This document shows positions 38,190 to 49,100 of a stretch of DNA of 64,000 bases, in pieces. Numbering within the stretch: position 1 is the stretch's first letter; every line of letters begins with the position of its first letter. The stretch spans positions 19,346,001 through 19,410,000 of the forward strand of contig CM052832.1 of assembly GCA_028534125.1 (NCBI GenBank), given 5' to 3'. The translations under genes were made by a program, and so were the position numbers. The DNA comes from Lama glama (Eukaryota). Below the pieces are notes generated by a model. That model had not been told where the DNA came from, ran no database searches, and worked only from the letters and a program-made list of their open reading frames with translations.

Positions 38190-38405
38190 ACTGCTGGTTA
38201 AGGTGGTTCTGGAATCACAGAAAACTGGGTTTGAATTTTTGCATGCGACCTAAGGTAAATTTTTTCAGTTTCTCTGTGCCTCAGTTTCCTCACCTGAGGA
38301 AAGAATATTGACCTCTGAAGGTTTTGAAGATTAAAGTACATAATCTATGCAGTGTTTAACACAATGAACATGGTAAATGTTCAATTAATGGTAGTTACTG
38401 TTAAC
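38190..38405 (+). mobile_element. MIR SINE
   Basis: ctgggtttgaat...tctctgtgcctcagtttcctcacctg. Confidence 0.7.
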
Positions 38406-38437
38406 ATTTTTTTCATTTTTCGATTGAATGATTCTTT

Positions 38438-38591
38438 TATTTCTTTTTTTAAACTTTTTTTTATTGAGTTATAGTCATTTTACAATGTTCTGTCAAATTC
38501 CAGTGTAGAGCACAATTTTTCTGTTATACATGAACATACATATATTAATTGTCACATTTATTTTTTTGCTGTGAGCTACTACAAGATCTTG
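38438..38591 (-). mobile_element. Short L1 3' tail insertion
   Basis: Poly-T then attgagttatagtcattttacaatg...; degenerate TSD tgaatga(aagg)ttcttt. Confidence 0.7.
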
Positions 38592-38675
38592 TGAATGAAA
38601 GGTTCTTTAAACTCTATAGTGCTTTACAATTTTCAAAATTTTCACACACATGATTTCATATAATCCCATAATAAC

Positions 38676-38980
38676 CCTTTTCCCCCTGCTATGCCTATAT
38701 TGCCCCTCTCTTCATCCTTCTCCTTACTGGTAACCACTAGCTTATCCTCTATATCTGTGAATCTGCTTCTTTTTTGTTTTATTCACTAGTTTGTGTATTT
38801 TTTAGATTCCACATATAAGTGATATCATACGTATCTGTCTTTCTCTGTCTGACTTATTTCACTGAGCATAATGCCCTCCAAGTCCATCCATGTTGCTGCA
38901 AATGGCAAAATGGCATTCTTTTTTATGGCTGAGTATTATTCCTTCATATATCTCACATCTTCTTTATCCATTCATCCATA
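38676..38980 (-). mobile_element. L1 3' UTR fragment lacking its normal tail
   Basis: ggtaaccactag...tagattccacatataagtgatatcata...catccatgttgctgcaaatggc...tttatccattcatc. Confidence 0.85.
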
Positions 38981-39548
38981 TTAACATGATTTTTATTCAC
39001 AGATGATGACTGAAGAGCAGCCAGTAATGAAATCTGCACATGACACATAGTAGAGAGGTCTTAAGAGGAATAAAGGGAACACTGGCAGAGATGGGCTGGA
39101 GCATTTAAACTTTTTAAACAGAATTTCCTTGTCCCACAATATATATGTCCCATAGGAGACTGGACAAAGCATCTCTTTACTGAAGTTCTCAGAGCTCCTC
39201 CCCTGTCTTACCCATACACTGATCCAATCTATACAAACAGCATGGATGTATGCTCTTGGGTACAGAGAGCCATTTAGACTTTTGGAGGCAGTGAAAAATC
39301 CTTCTGTCGGCATAAAGCTAGGCATATGATAGACATTCAACATATTGTCGATTTTTCTCTACACCACTGTATCCCTCTACTAGCACAGCGCCTGCCACCC
39401 AGTTAGCTTCCATTAATAGAGTGACTCCCCTCATCTGCCCCAAACCCCTTACTTCTTAAGCCTCTGCCTGAGGCGGTGGGCAAAGCCCAAGGGATCCAGG
39501 CGAGCGCCAGGCCTAGTTTACGGACTCTGCTCCCTGCGCGTGGTTGCA

Positions 39549-39562
39549 GTTGCTATGGAAAC
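39549..39562. promoter_or_regulatory. RFX X-box motif
   Basis: GTTGCTATGGAAAC matches the 14-bp X-box consensus and lies in the CpG island of a ciliary gene. Confidence 0.8.
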
Positions 39563-40101
39563 GGCGGGAAATAACAACTCCGGTCCCTTCGGGGTGTGGG
39601 AGGCCCGCAGAGGCAACGGCAGCGGGAGGAACAGCGGGAGCTACGCACGACTGTCGCCGAGTTCACCCCGGTACCAGCCTAGCCCCAGCGCGGCGCCCGC
39701 GCTCCTCCCTACCCAGCCGCCCCTCCCGCCACTGGCCCTCGGGTGTTGGTAGGTACACGCGCCGCGAGTCCTCAGCCGCTGCCTGCCGCCCTGGGACTCG
39801 ATTGAGCGCCCTTGCCCGCGGTGTTCAAACGGTGCCCACGGGAGCTTCAGTGCGAGGCTGCGCAGGTCATCTGGGGGAGGGGGCGAGGGGGCTTGAACGC
39901 ACGACTCCTCTCTTTCAATGTACCTTAAACAGTTATTTCTCGGCAAAGAAAAATCAGGGCAATTCCAGCCAGAATCCTAATTGCTTCATTTTGGAAACAG
40001 ATTGAGAGGTGAGAGTCAGGAGAGGAAAGAAAATTAAGCTATTTGGAAAAGTAACGCGAATATGATGTTAGAAATTGAGTTTCACCATATTTAAAATTTT
40101 A

Positions 40102-40103
<2 letters not shown>

Positions 40104-40143
<40 letters not shown>
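40104..40143. repeat. (GT)~20 microsatellite in the DCDC2 promoter region
   Basis: Directly visible. Confidence 0.97.
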
Positions 40144-40144
<1 letters not shown>

Positions 40145-40414
40145 CCCACCCCTCCCTCCCGCGCGCATTCCTTTAGCCTGTTTCAAGCCCCCCGCATGGC
40201 TCCAGTCCGGAGGTGGTTACACCTGGATTCCGCGGGAAGCGTGTGAAACAGGTGTCCTGCGCGCACTGCGAGCGCTGATTGGTTGTGCAGACTTTGGTGA
40301 AATACTTGAACGTGTACAGCGAGTCCTGCTGCCGACAGGGTCTCCGCAGGGTGGACGCCAGGCGCACGGCGGTTTCTTCGTTTTACCCGTGGGCTTGTCT
40401 GTTTCCGATTCGTT

Positions 40415-40624
40415 TCAGGGCGCGACCCCGCGCAGCCCGTGCCGTGAGGCCGCTAGGGCACCCGAGGTGCCTCCCCGCTGCGGAGCGAGCCTGGACGGCG
40501 TCCCGTGGGGAAGATGAGCAGCACCAGCGCCAGGTCGAGCCACCTGTCTCAGCCGGTCGTGAAGAGCGTGCTGGTGTACCGCAACGGGGACCCCTTCTTC
40601 GCGGGGCGCCGCGTCGTCATCCAT
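40415..40624 (-). other. KAAG1: KAAG1/RU2AS-like antisense ORF (69 aa) overlapping DCDC2 exon 1; probably not a functional protein
   Basis: MDDDAAPREEGVPVAVHQHALHDRLRQVARPGAGAAHLP matches my recollection of the human KAAG1 N-terminus; similarity is lost shortly after the frame leaves the DCDC2 CDS. Confidence 0.6.
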
Positions 40625-40806
40625 GAGAAGAGGGTGTCCAGCTTCGACGTCTTCCTCAAGGAGGTGACCGGCGGCGTTCAGGCGCCCTTTGGGGCCGTCA
40701 GGAACATCTACACCCCGCGGACCGGGCACCGTATCCGGAAGCTAGACCAGATTCAGAGTGGGGGCAACTACGTGGCTGGGGGCCAGGAAGCCTTCAAGAA
40801 ACTCAA
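40514..40806 (+). CDS. DCDC2: Doublecortin domain-containing protein 2, first coding exon (DCX domain 1)
   Basis: aagATGa start with in-frame stop upstream (TGA 40445); MSSTSARSSHLSQPVVKSVLVYRNGDPFFAGRRVVIHEKRVSSFDVFL...YVAGGQEAFKKL; donor CAA|gtgagt; 293 nt. Confidence 0.96.
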
Positions 40807-41704
40807 GTGAGTCTGTCCCCACCGTCCCCCCATTTCCGGGGCCACAGAGGTGGAAAGGAATAACCCCCGCCTCACCCCACACTTCGATGTGTTCAGGGGC
40901 TGGCCACTGAAAGCCCCCCCTGCAGTTGGGGTTAGAGTTTAAAAGTGTGATTGGAGACAGAATTTCACTTAGGGAGCAGTAGGAACAGACTTAAAATGTA
41001 TGGATAAGGAACAGGAATCTTTAAGAAAAAAAAACTATTCAGTGACTAGCTATTTGGAAAGAGTAACACACGCCTCACGTTAGATATTTGGCATTTTCTG
41101 TTCTCCTTTTTCTCTTTCCACTTTTTCTTTTTTCTTGGAACCTATTTTTTAGATTAAATAAAGACTTCTTAAAAATTGCTTGGAAGTATTGGATACTATA
41201 TTGTCAGCAGCCGAAAAAAATGCTTTCTGCATTTTCACCCCACTGTTCAATTCTTTCAACCTTTTATTCTAAGTAGAAGCGACCACGCCCCACTCTGTGA
41301 TCCTCCTCCCACCCTGCCCGTTTAAGCTATTGGCATAATTCTTGGGAAAGTTCCTTGGTGTGCTGTATTTGTCTACATGTCTGTCCCCAGGAACTCGATA
41401 GTTAAACCTTCAAGGACAGGGGTCCTTAGTGGTGCTTATCCCCAGTTCTTGGCACGGAGCTCACTGTCCGTGTTCAGTGAATTAGCAGATTGTGCTTAGA
41501 TCTGTGAAGGGAACAAATATAAGACATGACTCCTTGTCTTTCCCAGTTCATGATCTAACAGGAGAGAGAATACATGCACACCAGTCATTTTAATGCAAAG
41601 TACAAAAAAAGAGTGCAATTAAGAAAATAAAGTTATATGGGAATTGAGAGAAATTATTCCTGGTGGGGATGGGTATTGTAGGACAGGAATAATTAAATAT
41701 TACA

Positions 41705-42690
41705 TAGGTTTTTTTTTACAACCTTACTGAAATAGATTTCACATAATATAAACCACCCATTTTAGTGGTTTTTAGTATATTCATAGAGTTTTGCAACCAT
41801 CACCATGAACTAATGTTAGAACATTCCCATCACTCCAAAAAGAAACCCTGTACCTCCCCGGTTTCCCCTTCTCTCTATCCTCTATGGGTTTGTCTATTCT
41901 GGACATTTTATATACAGGCATACCTTTGAGATATTGCTGGTCTGTTCCAGGCCACTTCAATAAAGCAAATATTGCAGTAAAGTGAGTCACAGGTGTTCTT
42001 TGGCTTCCCAGTGCACATTAAAGTTATATTTACACTATACCGTGGTCTGTTACATGTGGAACAGCATTATGTCTAAAAAAAGTACATGCCTTATTTAAAA
42101 AGTACTTTATTGCTAAAAAATGCTAACCATCATCTGAGGCCTCAGCAAGTCATAGCAGTCACATCAAGGATCATGGATTACTGATCACCATAGCAAATAT
42201 AATAATAATGAGCAAGTTTGAAATATTGTGAGAATTACCAATTACACAGAGACATGAAGTGAGCAAATACAGTTGGAAAAATGGTGCTGATAGACTTGCT
42301 CCATGCAGGGTTGCTACAAACCTGATTCAATTTGTAAAAAAATGAAATAGCTGTTAAGTGCAATAAAATAAGGTATGCCTACGAAAGGAATCATGCAATA
42401 TGTGACCTTTTGTGTTTCTGTCTTCTTTCACTTAGCATAACGTTATCAGGGCTCTTCGTGTTGTAGGATGTATCAGTACTTCATTCTTTTCATTGTTGAA
42501 TAATATTCCATGATATGGCTATACCACATTTTTTGTTTATCTATTAATCAGTTGATGGATAGTTGTATTGTTTCACTTTTGGCTATTATGAGTAATGCTG
42601 CTGTGAACGATCATGTACAAGTTTTCATTTCTCTTGGGTATATACTTAGCAGTGGAATTGCTGGATTGTATGGAAACTCTATATTCTGTA
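41705..42690 (-). mobile_element. Old L1M 3' fragment interrupted by a Tigger1 derivative
   Basis: ...attctggacattttatata|Tigger|aaggaatcatgcaatatgtgacc... reads continuously once the insert is removed. Confidence 0.75.
41915..42381. mobile_element. Tigger1 internal-deletion derivative
   Basis: TIRs caggcatacct... / ...aggtatgccta, preceded by TA; gagatattgctggtctgttccaggccac matches the Tigger1 end. Confidence 0.85.
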
Positions 42691-43039
42691 GGTTTCTTTC
42701 CCCCATAGTTTTTAATATAATATTTTAATTATTTAATTAAAATTCAGCTTGAGTCTCAGGATGGCAAAAAATATCTTTACCAGGAAATCTATGCTTGTGA
42801 ATCCTGATTTTTAACTGTAGAGGACTAGTTTCCCAAGCATCACTAAAGTTATCTGATATCCTTCCTTATGGGTTTGTTTAAACTGAGTTCTAGGTGTTCT
42901 GCTTTTTGTTATGCCAGATGGTCTTTTTATGGGAGATGAGGCTACATTTGGATTTTGTTTCCTCTTCCCTGAAACCTTCTTTAGTATGCGTTGTCTACTT
43001 TCTTTAGAAAGGAGCTAAATGAAACTGTGCTTCAAAGAA

Positions 43040-43250
43040 ACTTAGAGCTTAAAACTGAGAATCAGGAGACTTGAGACTGACCTATTTATTAGCTCTGTAT
43101 TCTTGTGCAAGCCTCTTGACACAGCTAGTCAGTTTCCTAACGCAGAAAAGGAATATAACCATTCCTACCTCCCAGCATTGTTGTAGAAAGTAAATGCTAT
43201 GGATGTGAACGTATTTTGCATACACTAGTGTCATATGAATGTAAAGCATC
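43040..43250 (+). mobile_element. MIR SINE
   Basis: tattagctctgtattcttgtgcaag...tcagtttcct...attcctacctcccagcattgttgt. Confidence 0.55.
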
Positions 43251-45022
43251 TCTGTGTCCCGTTCCTTTCATCATACACATCATTGATTTTTAATGAAATA
43301 ATTTCCATATAAAGAAATTTCATGGGAATGGAAATCTGCTTCAGAATCTACTAATAACTCAAAATTGCAGACTTAACTTTAGTAATTCATATTTTCTTTT
43401 GTTTATTTGGCACTCAAAAGGTAAAAACAGGTACAGTTCCAAACCAAATAGAAAGTGCACTTCAAATCACTCTTTATATATATATATATATAGGAGATTT
43501 GCATGGTTATTTTTGCTTTTAACTCACACAAAAAAACCCTGAGTTTGTTATAACAGTGTCCATGGTTAGTTTTCCATGCTGACAGTTGGATAGTTTATTT
43601 ATCTGGTAGTATCTATGGTTATAATGATGGAAGCCAAGAAGATTTAAATGCTGAATATATTTGAAGCTTAACAGTTATAAGTTTATATAACAAATGAAGC
43701 AACTTGCAGAACAAAAGAAAGCCCCAAAGATAATTGAGGGTAATTTATGTCGCGTAGACCCTAAAGGATATTGAGGTGGAAAAATATTTTTCAGATGATA
43801 ATGATCAACACTCTTCTTGAATTTCTTTTACTCATATTTTTTCTGATATTTTTGAAACCATAATTAAACTTCAGGTAGCTATCAAACCTTTTTTATAGCA
43901 GAGAATTCTAGAGATTGTTATTTTCCTCACAGTTACGCATTTTGGAAGTTAACTCTACTACATTAATCTTGTGGATTTGAGATCACCTTCACGCACATGA
44001 CAGTCAGAATGTTTTGTTATTATGTCAGAAATCAGTCTCTGCAGATTTCTCGAAGACCAATTTTATTAATAAGCAGAGGGAGCATTTGCACTGTCTTATG
44101 TAAATACTTTTGATGTAAGGAAAATACATGATAATTTATAGAGGTATCGATTAACTTAAAGCGTTCTATCCAAAAAACAACAATAGTAAAATATAGCCAA
44201 AATTAATTCTAATACAAATATTTTTTGGCAGCTCAGTAGTGATGGTAGTTGAGGTAGAGAATGTATCTTTCTATCTATGGTTATAAATTAAGTGCTAGAT
44301 TTATACTTATTTTTAATATTAAAACATTTATTTAGCACCTTCCATGTATGAAACACAGTGGAACCAGATCACAGTGATGGACACATGGCTTGAAGTTGAC
44401 AAAGGGATAAAGTTTTTAGGTTGTGCTTCTGCTATAGCTAAAGAATGATCACTAGTTAATATCTTGTAGCAAATAGTAATGGAATAATAGGGGTCTCCGG
44501 AGGTTAACTGGTTCACCCATCTGTCCCTCAGCTGAACCAATGCCTAAACCATCCCACATGGCTAAGCGTTTCTGGATCATTAAGATGCTCTCATAGGGAA
44601 AAAGAGCTCCCAGACTTTCACAGTTGTTACTCTAATGCACACAATCAGTTCTAGTTTCTTTGGCCTAAAGTCTGTGATTAATGGAACTGTTAAGCAGCTT
44701 TACACAGAAACCACTCTTTATATCAACATTGATCTAAAAATGAGAAATAACAAATATGTAGTAAGCAGCTAACCATTGTGGGGAAAAGTGTTCCCCAGTA
44801 GAAGGATGTATTTCTAAGACTAATTTCATTAAGTTTCAAGTAGACATGTGTCTGAAAGCAGTTTCTATTACTATAATTGCTTTTAATTCATAGCTATTTA
44901 TTTTTGCTTTAGGCTTAAGGATTTCCTATGGCTTGCTTTACTTTTTAATAATTTTTAAAAAGAAATTTACGCACCTGACTCACAAGTAATAAAAGAAACC
45001 CTTATTCTTTTTTTCCCCCCAG

Positions 45023-45077
45023 TTACTTGGACATAGGAGAAATCAAGAAAAGACCAATGGAAGTTATGAATACAGAG
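45023..45077 (+). CDS. DCDC2: DCDC2 second coding exon
   Basis: ttttccccccag|TTACTTGG...ACAGAG|gtaatg; 55 nt, phase compatible with exon 1; (N)YLDIGEIKKRPMEVMNTE. No further DCDC2 exon recognised before the window end. Confidence 0.95.
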
Positions 45078-45299
45078 GTAATGCAAATAACAGTAACAGT
45101 GCCATTTTGTGTTTCTTATGGTGTGTCTTAGAGATTTGAACGGCATTCTAATCATAAGAGATAAATTATCTAATGTATATAAATAGGATGTTAGATGTTT
45201 TAAGGCAAAGATAACCCTTTATTTGGATCATTATCAGAAACAGACTGAGTAGGTGTCCCCATATGTATAGGTCTAGACACAATATGCTCTTTTTTAAAA

Positions 45300-45380
45300 G
45301 AATTATTTTTATGATGTATAGTTGATTTACAATGTTACGTTAGTTTCAGGTGTATAGCAAAGTGATTCAGTTACACATAA

Positions 45381-45415
<35 letters not shown>

Positions 45416-46140
45416 TATCCCTTCCCCTTTCCCCTTTGGTAACCTTAGTTCGTTTTCTATGCCTGTGAGTATATTTCTGGTTTGTAAATAAGTTCACTTG
45501 TATCATTTTTTTTAGATTGCACATGTAAGTGATGTCATGTGATATTTATCTTTCTCTGTCTGACTTACTTCACTTGATATGATAATCTCTAGGTCCATCC
45601 ATGTTACTGCAAATGGCATTATTTCATTCTTTTTTATGGCTGAGTAATAGTCCAGTGTATGTGTATGTGTCTGTGTGTATCTCACATTCTCTTTTTCCAT
45701 TCATCTGCCAATAGATATTTAGGTTGTTTCCATGTCTTGGCTATTGTAAGTAGTGCTGCTGTGAACATTTGGGTGCATGTGTTGTTTTGAATTATGGTTT
45801 TCTCAGATACATGCCCAGTAGCATTGTTGGATCTTATTATAACTCTATTTTAAGTTTTTTAAGGATCCTCCATACTGTCCTCCATAATGGCTGCACCAAT
45901 TTACATTCCCACCAACAGTGTTAGGAAGATTCTTTCTTCTCCACATCTTCTCCAGCATTTATTATTTGCAGACTTTTTAATGATGGCCATTCTGACTGGT
46001 GTGAGGTGATACCTCCTTGTAGTTTTGATTTGCATCTCTCTAATAATTAGTGATACTGAGCATCTTTTCATGTGCCTGTTGGCTATCTGTATGTCTTCTT
46101 TGGAGAAATGTCTATTTAGATCTTCTGCCCATTTTTTGGC
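45300..46140 (-). mobile_element. L1 3' end fragment with an internal (CA)n tract
   Basis: 3' UTR and ORF2 C-terminal text (tttacattcccaccaacagtg, ctttggagaaatgtctatttagatc). Confidence 0.9.
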
Positions 46141-49100
46141 TCTTATTTTCCCATTTTCTAGCTACATGTTCTCTGATTGAAATCCATAGGAATTTTCCCT
46201 GTCAAGTGGGAAGAGATTCTGAGCACTGTTCTACCAATCTGTGTCAAAACTACATCCCCTGTCCTTACTTGCTTCTGATGGCCCCATGTCTGAAATAGCC
46301 AGGATCACCCTGACTGGCCCTGAGGCTTTCAAAGGAGCCTGTTAAGACTTTCTGTGATAGGAGGAAAACGCCACCATTTTAACTTGCATTAAAGTTCACT
46401 TGAGCCTGGTCAGCAGCAGAAGGTTGGAAACGAATCTTGTGAAATAGATACTCAGAACACTTCAGTTCCACACAGCATCTGAATCCCTAGTGGAGAAATC
46501 CCTAATGGATATGTTATAGGATGTACTCTGTAGTTTATGGATTAAAAAAAAAAGAAAAAAAAGGAAAAATAGAAAATAGAAAAAGAATAGAAAAACAAAG
46601 TTAAGGCAACAACCTTAAATGTCCAGTGAGACAGGGAAAATTCTAGTTAAACCCAGATTGGGATTCTGTTCACCAGCCCTTCTACCATTTTGACTCCATA
46701 TAATCAAGTGCTTCCAATGGGGTATGTTCTGCCTGGGAAGAAATGGCTAACAGAAAAAGGAATTTTTTCTCATTTGCAGTGCAGAGCTTCAGGGAGACTC
46801 CACCCATATCATGTTTATGCCCAACAGGACCAAACAGGACTCTCTAGAAAAAAAGATTACGGAGGAAAACCTTTTAATTTTGCAGTGTTTTGAATAATAT
46901 GAGGTTAACTTCATTATTCAAATAATTTCTGGGAAGAGGTGCTAATCTCAGACATTGCTTAAACTAATTAATATTCTTATTTGTATGTTTGATTTGCAAT
47001 ATGTGTCAAGTTAATGATTCATGAAAGTGATAAGATTTATAAAAAGTAGACAAAAACAGAAATTTTTCAGGTGGTGCTTATATTGCAGGTGAAGAATGAC
47101 CTCCAATTAATATCTGTAGCAAGTAGTAAAAAAAAGGACATTAGTGAATTAGTTCTGGGTATAATTTTGTTTGAAGGATTTGCAACTACTTGAGGTAAGC
47201 TACCTTGCTTGAAATTGATGACTGAAGCTGAATTTCTGTGGCCGACTTTGAGGTGTGTGAATTCCTGAAAAATGTAAGCAGATATTCACTCTGGATTCCA
47301 GTGTCCTGGATGAAGACATTGAGTCTGGCAAAGTGCAACAAGTGTGCAATGCACTTTTGAAATATCCTTAAAAAATTATCTTCAAACAAAGAAACATGCA
47401 GAAGGACTCTAGTTAATTTAATTTGCCAATTGTTCTCCCACTTTGGAGCAGTAACTATTGATTTCTCTTTGCTTTGGGCCTGTGCACGAGCCACACAGAC
47501 AAGGTTCTGATTTGTGAAGGCACATCTGACCTGTGATAAACCCACCCCTCGTCTCCAGCTAGAAGGCGGCATCTCTCCTCATTCTACTTCTTTCTGGTGA
47601 CTCTTGCTCCTTCTCATTTCCTCTAACTGCACAGACCCTGCTGTAGCCTTTCATTTCTTCTCAGCCCTTCCCCACAAAGCCTTCCAAAGGGGATTAAAAA
47701 AAAGAAGTAGAAGACACTAAGCGATGCAAAGGATGTGGGAAGAGGTGGTGGGAAACTGCTGGACCATGCTGCTCAGCGCTTTCTCGCCCCCCAAGCCCTG
47801 CTCTCCCACTTGCATCCGCTCCCGGCCTTTCTTCCCAGTCTAGGCAGCAGTGTGTCCACTGCCTTCACTTTGCATTTCTAGTCTTGATCTTCAACACAGA
47901 GACGCCCTCCCCAAAGTTCACACCATAACCACATGTGAAGCCTGTTTTGGGCAAGGGAACCCCTACTTTCATTGCTAGAAAGGGAGAGTTTTGGGTTCCT
48001 GGAATCCCAAAAGGGAACTCTGAATGCCTTTTCCCATAGAGATATCACTTTAACTGTTGGCTCAACAGCATTATTACTGCCATTTTCGGAGGAGCAAAGG
48101 TCAAAAAGGCTTTAGTGGGCTGCCTGGAGAAACTCACTTGTGTGTGTGTGTAATTCTTACTGGGCAGCAATCTCTCTCTCTTTTCCACAAGCGATTTACC
48201 ATCAAACTTTAAGAATTCAACAAGTTTATAAGCTAGAGGTTGATCTATGTTCAAAATCTGAGAACAAACTTGACAGACACTGGCCTTTCACAAAAAGTAT
48301 GGATCTATTTTCTTAATCTAAGGTGGTGATTTCCTGCCATCATTTGTGTCTGCTGAAAAAAGTGCGCCCTTGGTTAAATACTGTTGATGACCACTATTTT
48401 CTTGAGTCAGATAACACATCTTATTCCCAGTCACAGGGAGGGATTCACAGAATTAACTCTGAAGTAGGTTTAGAACATGAATACATAGAATTGGAGAGTT
48501 TAGAGTTATTTCAAGGGGTAAGTTTCATCTTCTGAGTGATCCATCCGGGATTAAGTTGTTATCTATAGTTTGGAGAAATGCTGTCATAAAAAGAAATCTT
48601 CACATTACAATCTGAAGATACCAATGAATGTTTTCCAAAGGAGTAGAAGTTTCCTTGTTGAGTAAGCACCATATTGAATCCTCTTGAATACACCTCTCTC
48701 ATTTTAGACTTTCACTTATGGAGAATTTGGATAGACTTTATTTCTTCTTAGTGGAGTACAGTATACTACAGGAGTACCTTGGAGAGGAGGAGAGAAAGGA
48801 AGAAAATTTTGGAAACCTCAGAATGTTGCCTTAATTGAAAAGTTTGAGGGAACATAGGTTGTACTTCTGGTCAGTTACTCCAGTGACTGTCTTTGAGATT
48901 TTGAATAACATTAAAATTTCATATTCCAGTTTTATCGTTAGGCATCATCTCCAATGAAACATACTATGGGTTGTGCCACTTAAAGGCTTTTGGCTGGGCA
49001 TGGGTTTCTAGACATTAAATTGGGTATAATTATTAACTTTACAGCAGGAAGGCATGGGACTATGTGGTTTAACTCACTAATCTTTAGCCTGGGAATTCTG

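Larger units (their letters stand above)
39470..40830 (+). promoter_or_regulatory. DCDC2 bipartite CpG island / promoter
   Basis: Two CpG-rich blocks (~39470-39900 and ~40150-40830) split by an AT-rich spacer and a (GT)n tract; inverted CCAAT (ctgattgg) at ~40276. Confidence 0.8.

Noticed and set aside
39540..40626. Long ORFs in the DCDC2 CpG island other than DCDC2 and the KAAG1-like frame
   Set aside because: GC-rich shadow ORFs, mostly with non-ATG starts and no homology I can recognise.
47077..47572. Acceptor-like ttgcag|GTGAAG and a 128-aa minus-strand ORF in DCDC2 intron 2
   Set aside because: The in-frame reading after the acceptor stops within ~18 codons, and neither peptide resembles anything I recognise.
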